A DNA stretch of 64,000 nucleotides, taken from assembly GCA_963760795.1 (NCBI GenBank), contig CAVXEP010000019.1, positions 192,001-256,000 of the forward strand. Reading direction: 5' to 3'. The stretch comes from an uncultured delta proteobacterium. GTDB lineage: Bacteria; Desulfobacterota; Binatia; UBA9968. The notes under the pieces are model-generated. The model did not search any database and had not been told where the DNA came from. It saw nothing but the letters and a program-made list of their open reading frames with translations. Below are positions 1-9,935 of this stretch, piece by piece. The translations under genes were made by a program, and so were the position numbers. The first letter of the stretch is position 1, and the number at the start of each line of letters is the position of its first letter.

Positions 1-361
1 GCGCGCCTTCAATGTCGCGCCTGACTAGCCCAGTATTGCGCGGCCGGACGATACCTTGGGCAACGCTCCAAGGTTCAGCGCTCTGGGCGCGCGAGCGCGG
101 TTTTCTTTCCAGGCCGCTGACCCGGTGCACGACATAATCATTCCAAGCGGTCTTGCTGAGCTCGCCGTCGTCGACGATGTCGATGCCGACTTCGATTTGG
201 CGCCGGACCACGTCGCCGATGGCGGTTGTCAGTGTGGCGTCGATGACGGCCTGATCGTAGGTTTCGCCGCGGCGCTTGGCGGCGAGGGCTTGACGCACCG
301 GCGCCGGCAGCGGCAGGCTGCCGGTATGGGTGGTGAGAATACGGTCGCTACTGCGCTTCAT
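1..361 (-). CDS. Cobalamin-independent methionine synthase II (MetE C-terminal-like) family protein, partial; runs off the window start
   Basis: Not in the ORF track. Hand translation of the minus strand from ATG at 361 gives MKRSSDRILTTHTGSLPLP...VVRRQIEVGIDIVDDGELSK, the typical family N-terminus. The ATG overlaps the upstream MFS stop (TAATG). Confidence 0.85.
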   Translation of the reverse strand, partial: MKRSSDRILTTHTGSLPLPAPVRQALAAKRRGETYDQAVIDATLTTAIGDVVRRQIEVGIDIVDDGELSKTAWNDYVVHRVSGLERKPRSRAQSAEPWSVAQGIVRPRNTGLVRRDIEGA

Positions 362-1605
362 TATGCTGGCTCTTGCACGAACGCCGCCGGCTCTTTGCCT
401 TCTTCACGGATCGCCATGACGAGTAGATTGGCGACAAACACCGTGCCGGCGAGAAAATAAAAGGCACTCAAGATGCCCCAGCGGTCGGCGATGATTCCGC
501 ACAGCCACGGCGAGACCGAGCTCAGCAAAGACTGCGCGCCGGAGAAGAAGCTCACCGTGCTGCCGCCGACTTCTTTGGGACTGAGGTCGAGAACCCAGGC
601 CCAGATCACCGGCCGCACGGCGTAGAGGAAGAAGCCGAGCATCGCCAGGCCACTGATAAACAACCAATTCAAGCGAAAGTAGGCGAGCACCACGAGCGCG
701 ATGCTGGTGGAAAATAGGCCGGCGGAGAGCACGCGCTTTCGGCCGCTGCGATCGGAGATGCTGCCGGCGATGGGCGTGCCGACCAGGCCGGCGGTCTGAA
801 TGACCGATAGATAGAGGCCGGCTACTGCGCTCGAAAATCCCAGATCGTTGGTCAGGTAGATTGGGATGAACGTGTGCAGTCCTTGCTGGGTCATCGAGCG
901 CATGCCGGCGACCAGTACGAGCATGAGAATGCTCGGATTCTGCGCGAGCTTTTTCATTCCTGAGAAATATTCTTTGGCCGACAAGCCTTTTTTCGCCTGG
1001 GTGCGGCTTTCGAGCTTGCCAAAGAGAAACTTCCACAGCACGAAGGCGATGACTATGCCGGGAATCAAATTGATGAACAGCACGTTGCGCCAGGATAGGT
1101 AGAGCAGCAAGATGCCGACGAACAGCGGCGCCAGGCTTTCGCCGACGTTGGGCCCCATGGCGTGGATCGCGATGGCGAAGCCGCGCTTGTCGGGATAGCG
1201 CTCCGACAGCGTCGAGATCGCCGCCGGATGCCACAGGTAGTTGCCAACCCCGACAAACGCCATGAACAGGGCGATCCAAAAATAGTTCTGGCTGACGCCG
1301 ACGAGAAAGTACGGCACGCCGGTGGCGACCAGCGCCAACGCCATCAGCAGCGCCTTCTTGCCGATCAAGTCGACGAGCATGCCAGCCGGTATATTGATCA
1401 ACAGATTGGCCGCGGCACGGATCGTGACCAGAAAGCCGGCTTGGCTGTAGGTGAGCCCCATTTCCTTAACCAAAAACGGCAGCAGCAGATAGAAAGTGGC
1501 CGGGCACCAGTGGGTAAAGGTGTGGCCCAAGGCGATCATCCAGAGAATCGAGTCGGTTTGGCGCAGCTCGCGAACCTGAGCCGAAAGTTTTTGTTTCAGG
1601 GACAT
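361..1605 (-). CDS. MFS transporter
   Basis: 414 aa with about 12 hydrophobic segments. Motif A-like sequences GMLVDLIGKK and GSISDRSGRKR. GGAAACC precedes the ATG. Confidence 0.9.
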   Translation of the reverse strand: MSLKQKLSAQVRELRQTDSILWMIALGHTFTHWCPATFYLLLPFLVKEMGLTYSQAGFLVTIRAAANLLINIPAGMLVDLIGKKALLMALALVATGVPYFLVGVSQNYFWIALFMAFVGVGNYLWHPAAISTLSERYPDKRGFAIAIHAMGPNVGESLAPLFVGILLLYLSWRNVLFINLIPGIVIAFVLWKFLFGKLESRTQAKKGLSAKEYFSGMKKLAQNPSILMLVLVAGMRSMTQQGLHTFIPIYLTNDLGFSSAVAGLYLSVIQTAGLVGTPIAGSISDRSGRKRVLSAGLFSTSIALVVLAYFRLNWLFISGLAMLGFFLYAVRPVIWAWVLDLSPKEVGGSTVSFFSGAQSLLSSVSPWLCGIIADRWGILSAFYFLAGTVFVANLLVMAIREEGKEPAAFVQEPA

Positions 1606-1782
1606 GGAGGTTTCCTGGTGTTCAAGACTATCGATTTTGTACTTATTCCGGCAGCGGGATTTTTACAAGCAAAGGGAGTCTTGGCGTTTCCGTCGGGTTA
1701 AGGTGCAGCTACTTATCTTTCGCGTGCGCTCAGGGCATGCTCACGGCGCAACTAAATTTCGCGACATGGGTGAAAACCCTGG

Positions 1783-1806
1783 CATCCGGCTTTCGCCGGC
1801 ATGACG
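1783..1806. repeat. REP-like GC-rich hairpin
   Basis: CATCCGGC-TTTC-GCCGGCATGACG: a CCGGC/GCCGG stem with a TTTC loop in an intergenic gap. Confidence 0.45.
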
Positions 1807-1892
1807 AGAATCGGCGTCGACATCGAATCGACAAACTGGCCGATGGCATTGTCCCGCTGGGAAAGTTATAAAGCTGTCAAGGCAATCGAACA

Positions 1893-2541
1893 TTGACTGG
1901 TCTCGCAAAAACAAGACCGCGTTGCTCGCAATGTGATTCCTCGTTGACCCTGTGCATGTGCGCGGTGTTGCCGCGGTTGGAGTTGCGCACGAAGGTTACG
2001 CTGGTGATCCATCGGCATGAACGGCTGCGCAGTAGTAATACCGGCATGCTGGCGCGCCGAGCGCTGGTCAATAGCGCATTGCGCATACGCGGCGAAAGGC
2101 GCGAGATGCTCGATCTTAGCGATCTATTATCGCCGCGGTATCGATCTTTGCTGTTTTATCCGAGCTCGGATGCCGTCGAACTCACCGCGGAACTGGTTGC
2201 GCGAAGATCCCCGGCCGATTCAGTTGATTGTCCCGGACGGCACCTGGCGTCAGGCACGCAAGATTCACTCGCGCCATCACGAACTCAAAGCCATTCCGCG
2301 GGTAAAGATCAGCACGCCCAACGATTCGACCTATCAGTTGCGCGCCCAGAGCCGGCGGGAGGGGATGGCGACTTTGTTGGCGATCGCCTTTGCTCTTGGA
2401 ATCATTGAAGGTGAAGTTGTAGCGGCGCAGTTGATGCAGCTCTATCAGGCGCGGGTGGCACGGACGCTGAAGGCGCGCGGACTGCTGCCGAAGCATTCAG
2501 AGTGGGAGTTGCCCGCACTAGTGAATTCGAAAACCCTGTAG
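1893..2541 (+). CDS. DTW-domain tRNA-uridine aminocarboxypropyltransferase (TapT/YfiP family); apparent frameshift at ~2202
   Basis: Frame 1 has RCSQC...LCMC, HRHE...SNTG and LFYPS. Frame 2 has LIVPDGTWRQARK and EGMATL. Removing one base at ~2202 gives a 215-aa protein. Confidence 0.85.
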
Positions 2542-2557
2542 AAATCTCTCAACGAGT

Positions 2558-3641
2558 TTAGTCGCGGATATCCTGCAAAAACCAATCGGTGGGGATCTCT
2601 TGGCCGAGGCCGCGTTTTTTCGCTTCGCGGACGACCCAGCCGGCGGTGGAAGCGAACTGCAATCCTTGGGTGCCGCTGTTGGCGAAGAACGTCACTTGAT
2701 TCTTGTCGGTGCGGCCTTTGAGCTTGCCGGACATGATATCGGTGAGCAGCGGATAGTCTCTGGAAAAGATGTCGACCTTCGGATTGACGATGCGCTTGAT
2801 CTCTTCGGCGTTGCCGGCGACCACCGCGGCTTCGCCGCCGATGCGCAGTTGGCCGACATCGAGATTCAATGTCGGGCGGCCCATGCGAATCACTACGTCG
2901 GACTGCTTGACGATCTCGGGGCTCCACTCGTTGGCTTTGACGCAGGTGAGATGCATGCCGGATTCAATCAGATCGGGATCGCTGACCAAGACTTGGATCG
3001 AATCGGTGCAGGTGGCGACGATGTCCGAGCCGCGCAGGACTTCTTCCGGCTTGTCTACGGGATTGATTTCTACGCCTAATTTTGTGCCCATCTCTTCGGC
3101 GAAGGTTTCGCGATTCTTCTTGGTCGGGCTGTAGACTTTTACTTTGGCGATCTTGCGCACCTCGTTGAAGGCCATGAGATAGGTGCGTGCCATGCCGCCG
3201 GAACCGAAAATGCCCACGGTTTTGGAATCTTCGCGGGAGAGATACTTTACGCCGAGACCGGCGCAGGCGCCGACGCGCATATGTTGGATGATGCCGTCGT
3301 TGATGATCGCCAGCGGCTCGCCGTTCTTGGTCGAGAAAACCATGACGAAACCGCAGATACGTGCCGGGCTGGACGCAGTACTTTTCCACGGTCTTGCCGT
3401 CCGGCCACTCGAGCATGTCGGACTTCATTCTGATGGCAAAGGTCTCGAAGGAACGCGACGCGCCTTCCATGGTGCCCCATCGATACATCAGCTTGGGATC
3501 GTCATTGGGCACGAAGAAGTCGTAGCGGCCGCGGTAGTTGGCCCGTTCGTTGACCAGGTCGCGGTAGCCGGTATCGAGGGCTTCGATGCAGCCCTTCATG
3601 TCGAGAATTTGTTCGACGACTTGGTTATTGATCAGCAGCAT
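2558..3641 (-). CDS. Ornithine cyclodeaminase/mu-crystallin family protein; apparent frameshift at ~3356
   Basis: ORFs 2964-3641 and 2558-3343 join as KYCVQPGTY-CGFVMVFS, matching KYCMQPGTWCGLVMVFS in the intact paralog at 59420. Rossmann motif GIFGSGGMA. Repaired length 360 aa. Confidence 0.88.
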
Positions 3642-3739
3642 GGAGCCTCCCGTTTCAGCGCACGGACGATTCTATTTCGTAGAAGCGCGGTGAATGCAAG
3701 GGAGGATATTGCCATACTTGCTTACGCCGCGAAGGGGGA

Positions 3740-3770
3740 CGAATTTCTTCGCTTTGCTCGGAATGACAAC
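3740..3770. repeat. REP-like element half
   Basis: Minus strand reads GTCATTCCGAGCAAAGCGAAGAAATTC, resembling the widespread GTCATTCCGAGCGAAGCGAGGAATC-type REP. Confidence 0.4.
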
Positions 3771-3871
3771 TGGGCTAGATGACTTCTGAAGAAGGACGGC
3801 TTTGCTGGATGGTATGTAACATAAAGCGCCGGTGGCGGCGCTTTGCATGAACAATTCTGTGGGAACCAAGA

Positions 3872-4318
3872 TTAACTGTCGAGCTCGGGCTTGGGCAGCG
3901 GCATGCAGGGCACGCCTTCTTCGGCGAGCTCTTTGACTTCGCTGATGGTGGCGGTGCCGTGAATCGGTCGCTCGGCCGCTTCGCCTTTGTGAATCTGCTT
4001 GGCTTCCTCGGCGAAGCGCGGGCCGACGTCTTCGAAGTTTTCTTTGACGTAGTGATGGACGCGCAGGAGCATTTCCTTAAATTCAGCGGCGGTCGGCGGC
4101 GCAGCCGGTGCCGGTACGGTCTTTTTTGCCGGCGGCGCGGGCGGCTGCTCTTTTTTTACATGAACCGCGCAGGCGTGGGGCACTTTTTCGACTTTGGTGG
4201 TGCCGCAGGTGGGACAAGAAATCAGCTTCTTGTCAGCCTGCTTTTGGAAGTCTTCGAAGCTCGGAAACCAGCCTTCGAAGTTATGTTTCTTCTTACAGAG
4301 GAGATTGTAAATTACCAT
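3872..4318 (-). CDS. DUF1178 family protein (putative zinc ribbon)
   Basis: MVIYNLLCKKKHNFEGWF...ISCPTCG...EDVGPRFAEEAKQIHKGEA.ERPIHG. Start reassigned to ATG at 4318. Confidence 0.88.
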   Translation of the reverse strand: MVIYNLLCKKKHNFEGWFPSFEDFQKQADKKLISCPTCGTTKVEKVPHACAVHVKKEQPPAPPAKKTVPAPAAPPTAAEFKEMLLRVHHYVKENFEDVGPRFAEEAKQIHKGEAAERPIHGTATISEVKELAEEGVPCMPLPKPELDS

Positions 4319-4475
4319 AGGAAATCTACCGCTGAGACAATCAATAAGGTCGCCAGGACGGCTTGTCAAGGGTGGGTGCCGGACGGAAGGGGAATCAACG
4401 CGCCAAAAGCGGCTTCGATTCCAATCTTTGGCGTAAAAGTATAAAAGAGCCAAAGTATCAGCTAGGATTAGAACC

Positions 4476-5636
4476 ATGGCCGAGCAAATTAGCCTGCGAG
4501 TGGTGCAGAGAATTGCCGATGTGCCGCGCGAGCGTTGGGATGCGCTGGTCGGCGCGGCAACGCCGTTTCTCAAGTGGGATTGGTTGGAAAGCCTCGAACA
4601 GTCGGGCTGTGTCAACGATAGGAGCGGCTGGTTGCCGCATCATATTGTCGTGGAAAAGGGCGGTGCGTTGATTGCGGCCTGCGCGATGTATTTGAAGCTG
4701 CACAGCATGGGTGAGTTCGTTTTCGACTACGAATGGGCCGAGGCGGCGCAGCATGCGGGCATTCGATATTATCCCAAGATGCTGGTCGGCGTGCCGTTCA
4801 CGCCGGTGACCGGCCACCGTTTCATCACCGCGCCCGGCGAAGACCGCGCGCATCTGATTCAGTTCATGGGCCAGGCGCTGGCCAAGATCGCCGCCGACAA
4901 CAAGATCTCGTCGGTGCATGTTAATTTTTGCCTGGCCGACGAACGCGAGGCGCTCGAAGCGGTGGGTTTCTTGCCACGCCACGGCATTCAGTATCATTGG
5001 CAGAATCGCAGCTTCAATTCCTTCGATGACTATCTTGGCAGCTTTCGCAGCGACCGGCGTAACAAAGTTAAGCGCGAGCGGCGCGAGGTGGCCGAACGCG
5101 GCATCACGATCCGCGCCTATGAGGGCGCCGAGCTCACGCAAAAACAGCTGCGCACGATGTTTCGCCTATACAAGGGCCATGTCGACCGGCTGTATTACGG
5201 CCGGCAGTATTTGACCCAGGAATTTTTTGACGAACTGCACAAACGCTTTGCCGCCCATCTCTGCTTGATGCTCGCCGAGCGCGACGGCAAGATCATCGCC
5301 GGCACCTTCAACGTGCGCGATGACCAGGCGATGTATGGCCGCTACTGGGGCTGCGCCGAGGAACATCCGTTTCTCCACTTCAATGTCTGTTACTACTCGG
5401 CCATCGAACATTCGATTCGCACCGGTCTCGAACGCTTCGAGGCCGGCGCCGGCGGCAGTTTTAAGCAATTGCGCGGTCTCGAGCCGGAACACACCACGAG
5501 CGTTCACTACATCGTCGACGGACAGTTTCGCCGCGCCGTCGAACGTTTCCTCGCCCAGGAGCGCGAGATGATCCGGCGCAAGCGCGAGATGCAGCTCGAG
5601 CATAGCCAGTTGAAGCACGAGCAGGAAGAACCTTAG
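4476..5636 (+). CDS. FemAB-related GNAT-family protein (DUF482)
   Basis: YLKLHSMGEFVFDYEWA, YYPKMLVGVPFTPVTG, YGRYWG, LHFNVCYY and FEAGAGG motifs. Confidence 0.9.
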   Translation: MAEQISLRVVQRIADVPRERWDALVGAATPFLKWDWLESLEQSGCVNDRSGWLPHHIVVEKGGALIAACAMYLKLHSMGEFVFDYEWAEAAQHAGIRYYPKMLVGVPFTPVTGHRFITAPGEDRAHLIQFMGQALAKIAADNKISSVHVNFCLADEREALEAVGFLPRHGIQYHWQNRSFNSFDDYLGSFRSDRRNKVKRERREVAERGITIRAYEGAELTQKQLRTMFRLYKGHVDRLYYGRQYLTQEFFDELHKRFAAHLCLMLAERDGKIIAGTFNVRDDQAMYGRYWGCAEEHPFLHFNVCYYSAIEHSIRTGLERFEAGAGGSFKQLRGLEPEHTTSVHYIVDGQFRRAVERFLAQEREMIRRKREMQLEHSQLKHEQEEP

Positions 5637-5667
5637 GTCAGTGATCGCGTTACCGCGGTCGCGGTGC

Positions 5668-5697
5668 GTTCAAGGTTCAAAAGTTCAAAGGTTCAAG
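5668..5697. repeat. Short tandem repeat (GTTCAAR, 7-8 bp x4) between convergent genes
   Basis: GTTCAAG GTTCAAAA GTTCAAAG GTTCAAG. Confidence 0.8.
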
Positions 5698-5736
5698 GCC
5701 GGAGTCGGAATGGACTGCCAAGAGTTTGCTTGCGTC

Positions 5737-7050
5737 CTAAAGCAGGGTGCCGCGCAGGACCACGGCCGCGACGGTAAAATAGATCACCAGACCGGTGACA
5801 TCCACCAGGGTGGCGACAAACGGCGCGGATGCGCTTGCCGGGTCGAAGCCCAGAGAACGCAGGATGAAGGGCAGGATCGAGCCCATCAACGAGCCCCACA
5901 TCACCACGCCGACCAAACTTAAGCCGACGGTCAGGGCGATGAGAAAGTAGTGCTCGCCGTAGGCGTCAAAGAAGACCTGCCAGAGCAGAATGCGAACCAG
6001 GCCGATGGCCGCGAGAATGCCGCCGAGCGCCAGCCCCGTGGCAAACTCACGGCGGATGACGCGCCACCAGTCACGCAGGCGCACTTCACCCAACGCCATA
6101 GCGCGGATTACCAGCGTGGTCGCTTGGGAGCCGGAGTTGCCGCCGCTGCTGATGATCAACGGCACGAACAGCGCGAGGATCACCGCTCTGGCGATCTCCG
6201 CTTCGAAATATCCCATGGCCGTCGCGGTCAACATCTCGCCCAAAAACAGCGCGGCAAGCCAACCGGCCCGCTTGCGGATCATTTTGGCTAACGAGACCTG
6301 TAAGTATGGCCCGTCCAACGACTCGGCGCCGCCGATCTTTTGAATGTCTTCCGTGGCTTCTTCTTGGACAACGTCGACGATATCATTGACGCTGACGATG
6401 CCTTTGATGCGCCCGGCGCCATCGACCACGGGAATCATCAACAAATGGTGCCGCATGAACAGCTTGCTCAACGCCTCTTGATCCATGTCCTCGCGCGCGG
6501 AAATGATCTCGGTGCGCATTACCTCGTGAATCAATTTATCGGCCGGAGCGACGATCAAATCGCGAAAGGTGATGACGCCGAGCAAGCGCTCTTCAGGGTC
6601 GACGACATAGGCGTAATAGGTCGTTCGCGCGCGTGTTTGGGCATCGCGGCGCAGATAGCTGATCGCCTCGCCGACTGTCATATCCGAACGGAGCCGGGAG
6701 TAGCGCGTGTTCATCAGGCCGCCGGCGTCGTCCTCGGCGTAATCGAGCAGCCCTTTGACTTCTCGTTGCGTCCCATCATCCAGCAACGCGAGCAATTCGG
6801 CTCGCGCTTCGGCGGCGGCTTCTTGTATGAGATCGGCGGCGTCGTCCGGGGCGAGCAGGCGCATCCAAAGCCGGCGTTCGCCCGCTGGCAGACCGAGCAC
6901 CAAGTTGGCGCGCTCGCGCACGTTCAATTGCAGAAAAAAAGATTCGGCGTCGTCCCGTTGCAGGCACTCGAAGCCTTCGACTCGCTCGGTGCCGGAGAGT
7001 GATGGCCAGGCGTCCCATAACTCGGTGAGTGTAAAATGATTCTGTGCCAT
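5737..7050 (-). CDS. mgtE: Magnesium transporter MgtE
   Basis: N-domain, CBS pair (AGGLMN...YVVD), GGNSGSQ and PFVATLVDVTG. Probable start ATG at 7050 after GGAGG. Confidence 0.93.
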   Translation of the reverse strand: MAQNHFTLTELWDAWPSLSGTERVEGFECLQRDDAESFFLQLNVRERANLVLGLPAGERRLWMRLLAPDDAADLIQEAAAEARAELLALLDDGTQREVKGLLDYAEDDAGGLMNTRYSRLRSDMTVGEAISYLRRDAQTRARTTYYAYVVDPEERLLGVITFRDLIVAPADKLIHEVMRTEIISAREDMDQEALSKLFMRHHLLMIPVVDGAGRIKGIVSVNDIVDVVQEEATEDIQKIGGAESLDGPYLQVSLAKMIRKRAGWLAALFLGEMLTATAMGYFEAEIARAVILALFVPLIISSGGNSGSQATTLVIRAMALGEVRLRDWWRVIRREFATGLALGGILAAIGLVRILLWQVFFDAYGEHYFLIALTVGLSLVGVVMWGSLMGSILPFILRSLGFDPASASAPFVATLVDVTGLVIYFTVAAVVLRGTLL

Positions 7051-7227
7051 CGCGTGCCATCCTCCGCAACCACGGTACTCATTTCTAGCATATCGCCCTG
7101 CTCGTGCAATTTGGCGCGACCCTGGGGATTGCCGTTGAGTTTGTCCTTGTGTCTGAATGATCATTACCTCAGGCTAAATTCTTGACTCCACTGAAGCTTT
7201 CCATTAACGTCGGCGCGGAGTGCAGCT

Positions 7228-8004
7228 GTGAAATCTTCCTGGAAAAATGTCGCCGAGCCGGTGGTCTTCTTCATCGTCTTACTGTTATTGTGGGAACTCC
7301 TCGTCGAAGTCATCAAGGTTCCCTCGTTCATTTTGCCGCCGCCGCGGGATCTGTGGACGGCATTTTTCAAAAAACTGCCGATCTTAGGCCACCATTCACT
7401 GGTCACTTTCATTGAAGCCTTCGGCGGTTTCGCATTGTCACTCGTTCTCGGCGTTGGTTTCGCCATCTCCGTGGTCTACTCACGCCACTTGCAAAACACC
7501 ATCTATCCATTGATCGTGATTCTCTACGCCATGCCGAAAAGCGCGTTTGCGCCGTTGATGGTGATCTGGGTCGGTTATGGCATTTTTTCGAAGATTTCCA
7601 TCGCTTTTTTGGTGGCGTTTTTTCCCATCGTCGTCAACACGGTGGTCGGATTGAAAGAGGTCGAACCCGAGCTGTTGGAGTTAGCGCGCATCAACCGCGG
7701 CTCGGCTTGGGATGTCTTTAAAAAAATCCGCCTGCCCAACTCGCTGCCCTATATGTTCGCCGGTATCAAGGTCGCCATCGTGCTGTCGGTCACCGGCGCA
7801 ATCGTCGCCGAGTTTGTCGCCGCCAACGAAGGCTTGGGATATTTGGTCCTGCAAGCCAACTATAGTTTGGATACGGCGTTCGCACTGGTGATCTTGCTGA
7901 TTCTCGCGGTCTTGTCTCTCGGCTTATTTTGGCTGGCGGAGTTCTGCCAGAGAAAACTGGCGCCCTGGAGCGCGGCGGTGCGCGAAGTCGAAGGTTCGTT
8001 TTGA
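7228..8004 (+). CDS. ABC transporter permease (SsuC/TauC/NitT type)
   Basis: ILPPP motif; EAA-like loop ELARINRGS; GAIVAEFVAANEGLGY. Confidence 0.92.
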   Translation: MKSSWKNVAEPVVFFIVLLLLWELLVEVIKVPSFILPPPRDLWTAFFKKLPILGHHSLVTFIEAFGGFALSLVLGVGFAISVVYSRHLQNTIYPLIVILYAMPKSAFAPLMVIWVGYGIFSKISIAFLVAFFPIVVNTVVGLKEVEPELLELARINRGSAWDVFKKIRLPNSLPYMFAGIKVAIVLSVTGAIVAEFVAANEGLGYLVLQANYSLDTAFALVILLILAVLSLGLFWLAEFCQRKLAPWSAAVREVEGSF

Positions 8005-8023
8005 TTTTCTAATTGCGGAGGGA

Positions 8024-9022
8024 ATGGTGAAGTTTCTAATCTCTACATTGATAGCGTTGGCCCTAGCGATTCTCGATTCTGGCACTTCGCTGGAAGCAGC
8101 GGAACTGACGCCGGCGAACGTGCGCATGGACTTCATCATCGGCGGCAAGCATGCGCCCTGGTATGTCGCTTTGGAAAAGGGTTTCTACGCCAAGCGCGGT
8201 TTGGCGGCGACGATCCAGGCGAGCACGGGCTCAGCGGATACCTTGCGCACCATCGGTTCCGGCGGCGCCGACTTCGGTTTCGCCGATGCCGCGACCATGA
8301 TCGTCGCCAAATCCCGCGGCACACCGGTGCAAGCGGCGGCGCAGTTCGGTTATGTCGGCGCGACGATTTTGTGGCGCGACGAGGGTGTGATCAAAAGCAT
8401 CAAGGATTTACCCGGTAAATCGTTGGCGATCAGCCCAGGGCAGGCGCAGTGGTTCCTGATGCCGGCTTACGCGCGCATCAACAAGATCGATTTCAAGGCG
8501 ATCAAGATTCAGGAAACCGCGGCGCCGATCCAGCCCGCGGCTTTGGCGACCAAGAAGGCCGACTTTATTATTATGTTCCGGGCTTCCAACGATGAAGTCG
8601 CCGAGATGGCGGCGGCGAAGGTCGGCGTCAAGCTCAGCCGGGTGTTTATGAAAGACACCGGTTTGGATATTTACGGAACCAGTCTGATCGTCAAGGATGA
8701 GGATGTCAAAAAACGACCGGAGTTCGTGCGCGCCTATGTCGAAGGAACTTTGGAAGGGTTGCGTTATGCGCGCGACAATCAGGAAGAGGCGCTAAAGATT
8801 CTGCTCAAGCATAAACCCGAACTCGATTCGGTCCTGACCACGCAGCAGCTCAAGAACGCACTGACCGAAGTGTTCCTGCCGTTGGAGTCGGTCAACGTCG
8901 GCATGGGTTACATGAAGCCCGAGATCATGGAAAAAACTGTCAGGGTGGTCAACGAGTACTTCGATGTCGGCCGCAAGGTGAGCGCCAAAGAAGTCTACAC
9001 CAACCAGTTTATCAAGCGTTAA
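8024..9022 (+). CDS. ABC substrate-binding protein, NMT1/THI5-like
   Basis: Signal peptide; HAPWYVALEKGFY...GS; sits between permease and ATPase genes. Confidence 0.9.
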   Translation: MVKFLISTLIALALAILDSGTSLEAAELTPANVRMDFIIGGKHAPWYVALEKGFYAKRGLAATIQASTGSADTLRTIGSGGADFGFADAATMIVAKSRGTPVQAAAQFGYVGATILWRDEGVIKSIKDLPGKSLAISPGQAQWFLMPAYARINKIDFKAIKIQETAAPIQPAALATKKADFIIMFRASNDEVAEMAAAKVGVKLSRVFMKDTGLDIYGTSLIVKDEDVKKRPEFVRAYVEGTLEGLRYARDNQEEALKILLKHKPELDSVLTTQQLKNALTEVFLPLESVNVGMGYMKPEIMEKTVRVVNEYFDVGRKVSAKEVYTNQFIKR

Positions 9023-9029
9023 CCTGCCC

Positions 9030-9842
9030 TTGGTCGAAAGTGATGACGTGCCGCCGCTGATCGTTGTCGAACAAGTCTCGCGGGTCTTTTCGACCACTAC
9101 CCGGACCGTTACGGCGCTGGATAATATCTCGTTCGATATTCAACCGGGCAACTTCGTTGCCATCGTCGGTCCGAGCGGCTGCGGCAAGAGCACGCTGCTG
9201 AAAATCATTTCGGGCTTGATGCCGGCATCCTTCGGCACGGTCGCGGTGGCCGGCCATCAGGTCGATTGTCCGCTGGAAAATGTCGGCATGGTTTTTCAGG
9301 CGCCGGTGCTGCTCAAATGGCGCTCGGTGTTGGGCAATGTGCTCCTGCCGGTGGAGTTCGCTAAACTCAATGTCGCCAATTATGCTGACAAGGCGCGCGC
9401 CTTGATCAAGCTCGTCGGGTTAGACGGCTTCGAAGAAATGTATCCCCATGAGCTCTCCGGCGGCATGCAGCAGCGCGCCTCGCTGTGCCGCGCGCTGGTG
9501 ACCGACCCGCAGCTGTTGTTGATGGACGAGCCCTTCGGCGCACTCGACGCCATGACCCGCGACGAGTTGGACATGGAACTGCTGCGCATTTGGGAAGAGC
9601 GCAAGAAGACTGTGCTGTTTGTCACTCACAGCATTCAAGAAGCGGTGTTTCTCTCCGACCTGGTGTTCGTCATGTCGGCACGGCCGGGCCGCCTGCTCGA
9701 GACCATCGCCATCGATTTGCCGCGGCCACGCACTATGGAAATGATGAGTACGGTCAAGTTCGGTGAATACACCCTCAAGATTCGCGCTCTGCTCGCCTCG
9801 GCTAGCGGTGCCAATGCCACTGGAACTGGCTCGACCATGTGA
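9030..9842 (+). CDS. ABC transporter ATP-binding protein (TauB/SsuB type)
   Basis: [28 protein letters not shown]. Start uncertain (TTG 9030 or GTG 9048). Confidence 0.93.
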   Translation: MVESDDVPPLIVVEQVSRVFSTTTRTVTALDNISFDIQPGNFVAIVGPSGCGKSTLLKIISGLMPASFGTVAVAGHQVDCPLENVGMVFQAPVLLKWRSVLGNVLLPVEFAKLNVANYADKARALIKLVGLDGFEEMYPHELSGGMQQRASLCRALVTDPQLLLMDEPFGALDAMTRDELDMELLRIWEERKKTVLFVTHSIQEAVFLSDLVFVMSARPGRLLETIAIDLPRPRTMEMMSTVKFGEYTLKIRALLASASGANATGTGSTM

Positions 9843-9935
9843 AATTCCGTTTTCAGTGCGCTATTATCCCGGGGATGGCGTGGATGATCCGCCCCCACAC
9901 CGGTAAACGAATTCAAGCAACGAATTTAGGTTCTA

